Source: Camelus dromedarius
Taxonomy: Eukaryota
NCBI RefSeq assembly: GCF_036321535.1
Contig: NC_087436.1
Span: 59,398,001-59,462,000 of the forward strand
Length of the DNA stretch: 64,000 bases
Direction: 5' to 3'
Shown one piece after another: positions 26,601 to 38,049 of the stretch; position 1 is the first letter of the stretch; the number at the start of each line of letters is the position of its first letter. A model generated the notes under the pieces. That model did not search any database and was not told the origin of the DNA. It saw only the letters and a list, made by a program, of their open reading frames with translations. Made by a program: the position numbers and the translations under genes.

Positions 26601-27863
26601 GGCTTCAAGACTTAAACATGAGACAAGACACTATAAACATCTTAGAAGAAAATATAGGCAAAATATTCTCTAGCATAAATCTTAGAAATGTTTTCCTAGT
26701 GCTGTCTACCCAGGCAATAGAAATAAGAGCAAAAATAAACAAATGGGACCTAATTAAATTTGTAAGCTTTTGCACAGCAAAGGAAACCATAAGCAAAACA
26801 AAGACAGCCTACCGAATGGGAGAAAATATTTGCAAAAGATGAGACTAACAAGGGCTTAATTTCCAGAATATATAAACAGCTCATACAACTTAAGAAACAA
26901 ACAAACCCAGTCCAAAAATGGGCAGAAGACCTAAACAAGTAATTCTCCAATGAAGACATACCAATGGTCAATAGGCACATGAAAACATGCTCAATATTGC
27001 TAATTATCAGAAAAATGCAAGTCAAAAACACAATGAGGTATCACCTCACACCAGTCAGAATGGCCATCACTCAAAAGTCCACAAATGATAAATGCTGGAG
27101 AGGGTGTGGAGAAAAGGGAATCCTCCTACACTGCTGGTGGGAATGTAGTTTGGTGCAGCCATTATGGAAAACAGTATCGAGATTCCTCAAAAGACTAAAA
27201 ATAGACTTACCATATGATCCAGCAATCCCTCTGGGCATATATTTAGAGGGAATCTTAATTCAAAAAGATACACGCACCCCAATGTTCACAGCAGCACTAT
27301 TTACAATAGCCAAGACATATATGAAAACAACCTAAATGTCCACTGACAGATGACTGGATAAAGAAGTTGCGGTATATTTACACAATGGATTACTACTCAT
27401 CCATAAAAAAGAATAAAATAATTCCATTTGCAGCAACATAGATGGACCTGGAGATTGTCATTCTAAGTAAGCCAGAAAGAGAAAGAAAAATACCATACGA
27501 TACCACTTATATGTGGAATCTAAATAAAAAGACAAACAAACTTATTTACAAAACAGAAACAGACTCACAGACTAGAAAACAAATTTATGATTATTATGAG
27601 GGAAGTGGGTGGGTAGTGATAAATTGGGAGTTCAAGATTTGCAGATACTAACTACTATATATAAAATAGATAAACAACAAGTTCATACTGTATATAACAC
27701 AGGGAATTATATTCAATATCTTGTAGTAACTTATGGTGTAAAAGAATATGAAAATGAATATATGTATGTTTATGTATGACTGAAGCATTATGCTGTACAC
27801 CAGAAATTGACACAACATTGTAAACTGACTATACTTCAATAAGAAATACATATACAAAAAAAA
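26601..27863 (+). mobile_element. 5'-truncated young LINE-1 (ORF2 C-terminus, 3' UTR, A-tail)
   Basis: ORFs 26618-26842 and 26964-27335 are frameshifted L1 ORF2 (KWDLIK..SFCTAKET; Cys-rich [25 protein letters not shown]). The 3' UTR and A-rich tail follow. Confidence 0.96.
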
Positions 27864-30187
27864 GAATATCAGCATGTGTGAGCATGTACATTAATAATGT
27901 TATACATTTGATTGTCTATTGGATTTGGGAACTTGTTAAAGATTAAATCAAAATTGAAGGGTAAATAAAAAATTTATTATTAGCAATTATTGGACTGCAC
28001 AGTTGATTTCAAAATAAATGGTCTCATAAATCACAGGCAATTAAAAATATTTTTACATACAATAGTAAGTATTATTTTTATTTGTGTGGGAGACTTAATA
28101 GATTAAGAATGCTAGATTAAGGAACATAAGGATATCATGTCCTTATAGAAGAGTTTTTAAGAGTTGCTTCTCATTTTTATCTAAAGATCATAAAAATGTT
28201 TTATTTGTAAAAGTAAATTACTTTTAAATTAATATTAATAACAATGCCACTTTAATATTTTTCTTTAGTTAAGATTTATGTCAAAAATAACACCCAATAC
28301 TAAATTTTTTATTAAAGAAAATACTTCTAGCAACTAAAAATGATGTACATTTTAGGAGCATACATATTATTCATGATCTTCATGTGTTGAAAGAAAGGTA
28401 TGTTCTATACAAAGCATGATGCTTCAATTTTATGGGAATATGTTAATGATTAAAATAGCAGTATTTTTTCCACATAATTTACTTGTAAAAATCCTCATAA
28501 ATAGCAAAATGTTCCTATCTTGCAGGAAGTTTTAAGGCACTGATTCAGAAGAAATTGGCCAGGTAGATCCTTTCTATACCAACTGACATTTTTTATATTG
28601 TTTCAAATATAAGGAAAGTTAAAAGGACTGTAACAATTATTTATCTATTTATTTAATCATTCATTCAGTGGGGAGGGATTTCCTGATATAGTAGCTCTAA
28701 ATGAGACCTCAGGACTGTTACAGTGAAGCAGGGTCAAGTTAAATGCTTTATAGCCTTCTATGGTTTAAATCAATCTAATTCACCATTTATGCAAGCCTGT
28801 TGATGAGTTCAAGTCAGTTCAAGGTCTCTCCTCATTTACCCCAGGCAGAATTAATTCTCCACTACTTGTGTCTATACTGTGCCCCGTGCAATTCTTAACT
28901 GTACTTATTTTTTTTAAGTCACCCCCTTGAGGATAGAGACCGTTCCTAGGCTTCATATTTATAAAGGACAAATGATTAAATTGTCTTGCATTATAAATTG
29001 CAGTAATAATAAACTTGCCATAGCAAACACATTATTTCCTGTTCAAATCTTTAGTTATTTAATCATAGTTATAAAAAATTATATCCCAGTCAATAATTTG
29101 ACATCTAGAGGCACTAACCATGTATTACATTATCATAAAATCTTCATAAGGCTTTCTATCTAGTTTAGAATTATCAAATGCTATTACTCAAAACATTTTC
29201 TACCATCAATAATTTTTTACCACTAATCACTATTAAACTCTCATATCTGGTGCTTTCTAGACCCAACAGACAGTAATTACTATGGTAAAAATGTTAAAGA
29301 CTTTAAAGAAATCAAGTATCAATCAAATCTGCTACTTGATTCATAGTGTTTATATTTTCATCAGATCTCTTCTCAGATATCACTTTGTCACAGAATGTTT
29401 TACTCTCAAACTCGAGCACTTGGTTTTCCATGTATCATATTTTTTTAGCATAACATAGAATATATGCATACATGTATTAACACAGCACACATGTATACAC
29501 ATATTAATGCATATATAGATATATTTTTATCAATGTATGTTTCCTGTATATACTGATATATGTACATCCATGAGTGTGTATTTATGTGTGTGAGTTTATT
29601 ATCTAAATCCATGGTGACATTTAACTTATTGCTATAGCTCCAACACTCAGAACAAAAGAACAGTACTAGGCAATCAGTGTGGATTTGTTGAATGAATAAA
29701 TATTAGCTGTAATACAATTTTAAATTTTTTCAAATGGGGCTTTGTCTCAGGGAGACTTATGAAAAACTCTTATTTCATAAAATTATTGTCTTCTTATTAG
29801 ACAAAAGTTAGAAGTCTATCATTATAGCAAAGTGTAGCAAGTAGAATTATCAGCATAAACATTTATACTGTTTTAAGGTATATGTCTCTACTAGTTATTA
29901 CCAGGACCAAAAGCTGAAACTGATTTATTTTAAAACTGAACAATGTAGTTATTCACTAATATTGAAATGGTTAATCCTAAATAACTATTTTAAAGTTCAA
30001 CTCTCAGATAATCACATGCTTTTTTTGACTAACTCATCAAATCCAAAAGGATACTATTTTTAAAATACAATTTTCTAACAAATGCATTTGAAGTCTCTCA
30101 ATGGACATAGTAACCAGATGGATTACATCTGACTAAAAAATATTTTTTTCATGCTACAAGCAAGTTCACATTGTTGTATAATTTAGA

Positions 30188-30404
30188 CAAGGATTTCTCA
30201 ACAATGGCACTGTTGACATTTTGAGCTGGATAATTCTTTGCTGTGGAAGCTGTCATGGGCATTTTAGGATATTAAGCAGCATCCTTGGATTCTCTACCCA
30301 TTAGATGTATAGCACCCTTCTCTCAATTGTGGCAAGCAAAAATGTCTCCAGACATTGCCAAATGTCCCTGGGGGAGCAAAACTGTCCCAGTTTGAGAACC
30401 ACTG
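30188..30404 (-). mobile_element. MER20 (hAT-Charlie MITE), full length
   Basis: caaggatttctcaac...aaaaatgtctccagacattgccaaatgtccc...ttgagaaccactg; 217 bp. Confidence 0.93.
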
Positions 30405-30964
30405 ATTAATGAAAATAATTTCACATGTAATGCCTAAATCAAGGATATTTAAGCCTCAGCTAATCCAAAATTATACAGAAAGGTCTGTTAATTTGCTCCA
30501 TATTCGTGTATCTTTTATAGTTATAATTGAAGACATTGCCTACATAGTGTCCTAATATTACACACCAAACCATTATTCTTGATCAACATTCTTTCCAAGA
30601 AAATGTTTAACTTCATAGATAAATTAAAACTATGGAAATCTCTCTCTCTATCGAACTAGCATTATCTCCCAGCTTTCTTTGACTCTCATTTCAGTGTTCA
30701 TTGCTTGTGTCCTGTGGATCCTTAATGCTTTCAGGTACCTTACATCTTACACAGGGGAGTGAGGAAAGCCAAGGAAATATATTTTAAACAAAGTATCAAT
30801 TTCTTTTGATTCCTGAATCCATGGTCAGTGATTATATTTTTTAAAGTTCAACATTAAGTCTCGAGGTCCTTTGTAGGAATTATGCATTTGAAATCTTCTT
30901 GAATAATAACAACAACAAAAATGTCATCCTGCCTCTCTAGACAACAGAGAGACACCCCTGACAG

Positions 30965-32102
30965 CATGGCAAAGTCTACAACGTAGTTGCCTCCCATCAT
31001 TCACATTCCCCTTCTCTCTCAGAGTCCTGGAACCTGTAGCATTTCATAGAGGGTTAGAATCACACAGAGTAAATACCATATTTCCTGGCTTCCATTGCAG
31101 GCAGGTGTGATTCTAAGATTTGGATGAAAAGAGGCAAGTAAAAGTGTTCTTCCATTTTGTGTGAATGTGACACACAGTCACCTTGAACCATGCAAAGGAA
31201 AGCAACCCCAAAGCTGGGAAGAGGAGCAAGATAAAACAAACATGGCTGAGTAGTATTCCACTGTGTATATTTACACCATATCTTCTTTATCCATTCATCA
31301 TCATTCCTAAATGTCCATAAATGATGGACATTTAGGTTGTTTCCATGTCTTGGCTATTGTGAATAGTGATGCTGTGAACACTGAGGGGCACATATCTTTT
31401 CAAATGATAGTTTTCTCCAGATATATGCCCAGGGGTGGGATTGCTGGTCATATGGTAAGTCCATTTTTAGTTATTTTTTTTTTTAAGGAATCTCCATACA
31501 GCCATAAAAAAAGAATAAAACAATGCCATTTGCAGAAACATGTATGGACCTGGAGACTGTCATTCTAAGAAGCCAGAAAGAGAAAGAAAAATATGGTATG
31601 ATACTGCTTATATGTGGAATCTTAAAAAAAAAAAAAGACACAAATGAACTTCCTTACAAAACAGAAGCAGAGTCATAGGCATAGAGAATGAACTTATGGT
31701 TACCAGAGGGAAAGGGGATGGTAAGGGATAAATTGGGAGTTCGAGATTTGCAGATACCAACTACTATACATAAAATAGATAAACAACAAATTTATATTGT
31801 ATAGCACAGGGAATTATATTCAATATCTTATAGTAACCTATAGTGAAAAAGAGTATCAAAATGAATATATGTATGCATATATGTATGTATGACTGAAACA
31901 TTAAGCTGTATATCAGAAACTGACATATAACTGACTATACTTCAATTAAAATTTTTTTTTAAATAATAAAAATAAAAAGAAACATGGAGCCTGATTACTT
32001 TGTAGGGCTGACTCTCTTCATCATTTTGGTCTTTTTTTTTTTTTTCTGACAGTTGTTTTGGATCTCTGTCACAACAGCCAAAGGACCATCCTAACTAGTA
32101 CA
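30965..32102 (+). mobile_element. MaLR solo LTR (MLT1I/J-like), split by an L1 insertion
   Basis: 5' part 'ttgcctccc...catatttcctggcttccattgcag...caccttgaaccatg'; 3' part ends 'tctctgtcacaacagcc...tcctaactagtaca'. Confidence 0.7.
31246..31974 (+). mobile_element. 5'-inverted (twin-primed) L1 insertion
   Basis: Antisense L1 segment ~31246-31499, then a sense 3' segment to the A-tail. TSD aaaacaaacatgg (31233-31245) / aaaagaaacatgg (31975-31987). Confidence 0.92.
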
Positions 32103-32317
32103 AGCAAGACACCAACAGAGACCAATATCTGTATTAGGCACATTTCTATTGATTGCATTATGAAATAAAAAAGTGCTAAAAATAAGATGAGATTAGTATA
32201 TAATTGGAGTTCCGCCCTGATGAGCCAAAAGAAGTAAAGTGAGCAATTTGGAACCTGAGTTATGAAGAGCAACTTCATCAGCGTTACAGGGTGTTCTGCC
32301 TCATTAAGAATTGTGAA

Positions 32318-32443
32318 GATAAATAACTACCAGGGGTGTAATTACAATACGTTGACGATAGTTAACACTGCTGTGTGATACATACATACATACGAGAGTT
32401 GTTAAGAAAGTAAATACTAAGAGTTTTCATCACAAAGAAAAAA
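32318..32443 (+). mobile_element. Short L1 3'-UTR insertion with TSD
   Basis: Perfect 12-bp TSD aagaattgtgaa (32306-32317, 32444-32455). The insert resembles an L1MA9-type 3' UTR ('gatagttaacactgctg...gttgttaagaaagtaaatactaagagttttcatcacaa'). Confidence 0.85.
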
Positions 32444-33299
32444 AAGAATTGTGAACTCATAATTTGATAAATTGTAATATCCTGCTAATAATCATCTTAT
32501 ACTTGATCTCTTATTATTTTTTATATTTGAGTTGTTACAATATGATAACCATAGTGCAATTTCGTTATCCTGAAAATACTTCATCTATTGAGGTCACTTT
32601 GGAAAGAAAAATTAAAATTTTTGCATCACAGAACTTATGACCACATTCAAGAATACCCCCCACACACATTACATATGCCACCAATTAATACATTAAAAAT
32701 ATCAGAAATTCACAAGTGATCAAATCTGTAATCCCATGATATCATCAGCCAGTTTACAACAATAGTTCAACTAATAGGAAAAACTGATCTATTTTATGCA
32801 GCGGAAAAAAAAAAAATTCTATGTCTGGTACTGCAAGATTTGCCTCCCTAGTGCAATCTATAAATTTAAACATGAGTTTATGACCCGTATAAACCTTCAC
32901 ATTGATAATGACAGCTAATATTTCCATGTGCAACAGGTATTTCAATTTAATTCATCTCTTTCATCCCCATCTGAAATAGCTGTAGGTTTTGTGACTGAGC
33001 CCTGGACCCTAAATACTTCAGCACAGTAACAGGAATAATTCATTCATTTATTCGTAAGAGTCTGAGCTTATAGGTTATTTCTACATATAAAGTGGAAGAT
33101 CCATTCTCATTCTGCTTTGATCAAGATGCAGGCTTGAGCCACTGTCAAATAGTGATTTGGTTAGCAGCTACCAAGAAAAATAGAGAAATGTAATTCTTAC
33201 AATATGTGGCATGTCCAAACAGAAATTGTTATTTGGGGGGCACCATTATAAACAAAGATGCTGAAAAGTAGGTATATCATTGGGCTGTTGGAAATATTC

Positions 33300-33392
33300 A
33301 TTAAGACTGGTACACATAGAGTGATTAGCACAGTGTCAGGTGCACAGTAAACTCTCAGTAAATGTTGCTTAGAAATTGTTCTTGTTAATATT
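33300..33392 (+). mobile_element. MIR 3' end
   Basis: 'ttagcacagtgtcaggtgcacagtaaactctcagtaaatgttgct'. Confidence 0.62.
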
Positions 33393-35832
33393 TTCTGCTC
33401 CATTTAGCCAACTTTTTAAAACCTGAGGGATTTTTTTAAACTAGATATTATGACTATCACAATAGTAGTTAATAACTGACACAACTTTATTAAATATACT
33501 ATATACTTTAACTTATTTATTAACTATTTATTAACAATTAACATAATCAAACATATATGAGTAAAATTAATGTACATATGTAACTATAATATAAAACTGC
33601 CATTAAAGAGAATTTAATGTTTTTTAAATAGACAATTTTTTTTTTTTTTACTGCCATTTGATTTTGTGAAACATTTATTCCTTGTCTGTGTTCTAAATCA
33701 GTAAAACCTTCCATTTTACTTGTTCCATGTCAGGCTAAAAAAATTCTTTGATAGATTATATACTGATTGCAAAATTTAAAAAAAATCTTAACTTTCATAC
33801 AATTGGTCAATTTTTAGGCATTAAAATACAAAGTTTTTGGCAACAAATTTAAAATATAACTAGCTTTTACCGCTTCTGCTTTTTGTGTTACAAATGCATG
33901 AAAATACTGCAGGATCCAAAGGTATGGGCCTCTATCAAGTCTGCTTTCACTTATTCCGTCTACCTAGATTTGGGAGACATTTAAAGATGGGCATGGCTTT
34001 GGATGGAAAGGGAAATGCTTCTGGACTGTGCTCTACTTGAAGACATACCCAAATCACACATTATTTTTTCCTTGACCCAGCCCTGCCACTGTACAGTACA
34101 CTTAGTAAAAAGCATTGCACTATTTGACTAATTTCTTAATCATTTATAAATGACTCAACCTAAATGCAATGTCTTTGTTGCTTAACTTCATTTTTACTCC
34201 AATGGACATTTCTGAAGTGTCTTATTAGCTTCACAAAGGTATATCGTCCAAATGATCTTTCAAAAAATATGATAGGGATACTTAATTTAGATAGTCAGTG
34301 ATATGGAACTTCCTGAATTAAATACAAAATAATTTGAAAATGTATTTTCTTTTGCAAATTTAAGATATACAAAAAAAAAGACATAGAACATAAAGAATGA
34401 CAGTAGAAATTAAATAAAACAGTAAGGAGATTAATCACACATATTGTCAAAGCATATCACTGAGGAGGAAAACTGTATGGACCCACTTAATTAATTACCT
34501 TTAGAAGCATTGATGTGCTGTTTGTGGGAACATAAAATCCTCATTAACTACTACTGAATCAATTTAGAATGACTTAATGCAATATAGTTTTTTATAATAT
34601 TTCATCAATTAATTTTACAATGTAGAAGACAATTCAATGATTCAGAAATATTTTTTTTCATTACATCAGCCAATAAATACCCTTTTGCTTAAATTCCAGT
34701 CAAAGCTCCTTTAAAGTTCCCTTAAACTGATACATCATTTTAAGTAGATTCATTTTAAATTTGGTCTTAATTATTTTCTTATGACAACTTCCTACACTTA
34801 CATTCTTTGTGACCCCATTTTCCTCAAAAAATTTTTTTGAAAAAAATTGACACCATTTTTAGTGCCAAATTTATTCCATGACTTCTGTCACTCTCATCAA
34901 CACGTTTTGTCCCCATGGCTCATACATTTCTATGTTTACATAATAAATGTGATGTCATAGATTCTACTTTCTCAATGACTATTCTCCTAAGGTTCTAAGA
35001 AATAGCCTCCTCCCCCATTTTCATTAAAGCACAAGAATTTTGAAATATTATTTTCCAAAAGGGTTCCTCATTAAAATAAACTTCCAATTAAAGTTAATAA
35101 TTTTTCTGTTTATATTTTGCAACACTGTTGAAACAACTGTTTTAATCTCTCATTTGTACTAAAATTAACACTATAAATTTATTCTCATATTGTAACAGCA
35201 AAATATGATTTTATGCTCCCTGAGACAATCTATAGGTGGCATTGAGTTATGCCATATTGTTGCATCTATATGGAAATCTATTTTTAAATTACAATCCTAG
35301 TGTGGCATCTCTAATGAAAAATTCCAGAAAGCTCATTTTCTTTTCTGTCCCTCCTTTAAAAAAGATAACTAATAAAAATAATATAATATGTAAAGGAAAG
35401 ATATGTCCAATTATCAGTCTTTTGGAATTTATGAATTAATATTTTTATGAACGAATTTTCATCTATGAAAATTAATGGTAAACCTTAACAGCTTATTTAA
35501 AAGTAATTGCTTGCAGTGATTAAAACAATAAAATCTTAACATAAGGTTTACCTTAAGCTTCATGGGTTCCTAGCTCTTTTTCTTAACATTTATTCTTTTC
35601 AAACATTCATTTGGTATAATTTTATTATCTATTTTTTGTACGTACTGTACTAGGAAAACAAATGTCATAAAAAATATCATATTTCTACTCAGTAATTTTA
35701 CAAGTCAGAGATAAGACAAATATAGTAATACAGTAGCAATTATTATTTTAATAAAGTAAATGTCAAGATTAGGGAAATACGGGGTACTGGGTGGACACAC
35801 AGTGAGGCCTAGCTCAATCTAGGGGGTGAGGG

Positions 35833-36145
35833 TAGCCACCCAATGGAAATGTAATGAAAGGCACATGTATAATTTAAAATTTTCTAGTAATCATATTTTA
35901 AAAAGTAAAATATAAATTCACACTAGGATTAAGCAGCAATGTCTTACACAGTGCAACAGCTAAAGTGAAACAGTCTTCCAAAACAATCAGGTTATATTTA
36001 AGAAATAAATATTCTGTACTTCTTTGATTTTTAAATTTAAATTCATTAAAATTAAATAAAATAAGAAATCCAGTTCCTCAGGTACATTAGCCGTATTTCA
36101 ACTTCCCAACAGCCACCTGTTGCTGGGAACCAGTGGAGGGCGAAC
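35833..36145. mobile_element. MER33/MER3-type hAT-Charlie MITE
   Basis: 'ccaatggaaatgtaatg...aatttaaaattttctagtaatcatattttaaaaagtaaaa' and 'cagttcctcag...tagccgtatttcaa...cagccacctgt'. Confidence 0.65.
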
Positions 36146-36149
36146 TTAG

Positions 36150-36612
36150 GGGATTCTTTGGATTGACTCTGTCATCCTCCTTTCAGAATGCCTTCTTGTC
36201 AAACTGGGGCTCGAAAGCTTAAAACTCCATTTCCAAATCTACCCAGAAACTAGATGAGTCCTGCCAATTAAAATGTATTCACCCAAGGGGAAATCAAAGG
36301 GAGATGACATATGTTTTGCTCACATGAATCATGGGGGGAGTTGTTCCGTTCTGGGGTCAGGAGCTTTGGTGAAAATGGGATCAGGAACTTCCTGAGAATG
36401 AAGCTTGATTTTGACAAAGGACACAGCTCCTTTGGAAGTGCATTACTTTGGTGTAGTTTCAGGAGTTGTTCTTAAAAGATTAGCCTATAGCCTGCAACTT
36501 GAGCCAATTCCTCACATTCAAGAGTTAGCCCTACTTTAATAAATCCATGTTATTAGTGTGTAAAATTGTTGGAGTAGATTTCTTTTCTGAACTAGGATCC
36601 TTGATCAGTACA
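36150..36612 (+). mobile_element. ERVL solo LTR (LTR33-like)
   Basis: 'aaaactccatttcc...caggagttgttc...tttaataaatcc...gatttcttttctgaactagg..ccttgatcagtaca' shows a polyA signal and a CA end. Confidence 0.6.
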
Positions 36613-37449
36613 GGAACTAAAGAAGACTTCCCCGAGAACTGACTTTTAAGCCTGTGTTTGAAAAGTAAGAGTTTATTCTGCAGAATAGTAAGAAGTGAAT
36701 TTGGAACAACAGGAAATAGTTAATAATAAACAAGGGAATGCAACTAGAGGAGCCCAAAGGAAGTGAGTATGATTAGAATAATAAGGGGAAGGGTGAGGTT
36801 GTCTTAAACAGATGGTTCAACGCACTAAAAGCCACTTCATAAATGGCCAGTTCACTGAAAACAACAATTTACCAAATTATCAATTCATCAAATTCATATA
36901 TTTACCAATATCTTGTTTCTTCTAGTAATCAGTAAAGAGTATCACAATGCTTAGATCGATTAGTAAAGTCTGGGCAGGTGAGTGGTCATGACCCTTTAAA
37001 CTTCTTTCTTGCCTCTGTCTTCCCTCTCTGTATCCCCACAAGCACCTACTCTTAGCCATTCAGACTTTCCTTATTCTGGTATCAGCAGCCAAGGCTGTGC
37101 TGTTTCTTTACAATGGCAGAGGGTACTCTCTCTTGTCTCATCTCCTCTAATTAAAACAGCAGAGCTCTGAGGTCAATGCAATCTAAATGATTCTGTAAAT
37201 GTTAGTATTTGAGATCTACTCACTAGTAGAATATATTTATGACTATATTCAAGAAATTTTCAAAACACAAATATATTAGTAAAATAATGTTTCTTAAGAA
37301 AAAAATCTAATCTCTGGCCCTTAGCCTTTTGTAGTTGAGCACTCTCTCTCATTCATAGTTAACCAAAATCAAGAAGAATATTTCTGTTTTGAGTAAATTA
37401 ACAAATGTGGGGAATCTAGAAAATAGATAGGTTCACCTTGCAGCTGCAT

Positions 37450-37700
37450 TGGCCTTGTTAGGCCAGAAACAAGGGAGAAGAGAAATGAAGGGTCTTTTGT
37501 TGGTCCATTTAAAGAATAGGGGCTCTGTCTTAAGAACAAAGAGAAGTCATTGCAGAGTTGTGAGAGAAATGGTGTGAATCATCACAGACTGGAAAACAAG
37601 TATGGTGGGAAAGCAATGGAGTCTGAAGAATATGGGTGGCTGTAGTGCCCAGTAATCCACAAAGACAGGTCTGAGAGATAGATTGCAGAGACATCTTTGA
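37450..37700 (-). mobile_element. L2 fragment
   Basis: 'ggccttgttaggcc...gaagtcattgcagagttgtgag' is an antisense L2 pattern. Confidence 0.45.
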
Positions 37701-38049
37701 ATATTTTTTCTTATATGAAGAAGGAAGAGTAAAAATATTATTATTTTTATACAAATGTAATAATGAAAATAACTAAAAAGGATACATTACAAAAATCTCA
37801 GGCAGTAGAGCATATGGGTAAGTCACAGCAGGTATAAGAATATAAGATACCTTCTGATTTTAGAATATAGCTTAACATGAAATCAATTTCTTGTGTTACT
37901 TACAGATTATATTAACATTCTCAAGTTGATCATGAGGAAGATGTATAGTGTCACCTCTAACACTATGCCCCAAATTTCCCATGAAGCTAGTAAAGATTGG
38001 TTACCTCCCTGTACACAGCAGTTCTGTAAAATTGCAGTGTGTCTGCTGA

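Larger units (their letters stand above)
35600..36800 (-). mobile_element. L2, interrupted (L2 at ~35600-35832 and ~36613-36800)
   Basis: Antisense L2 text stops at 'caatctagggggtgaggg' and resumes at 'aaagaagacttccc...gacttttaagc'. Confidence 0.55.

Noticed and set aside
26549..27875. TSD for the L1 at 26601 (aagaatattcag vs aagaatatcag)
   Set aside because: It needs an indel and about 40 unexplained nt at the 5' junction; ambiguous.
32218..32282. CTGATGA hammerhead-ribozyme core (also at ~3306 and ~61986, and on the minus strand at ~564)
   Set aside because: None has a stem II closed before GAAA together with a stem III and NUH cleavage site.
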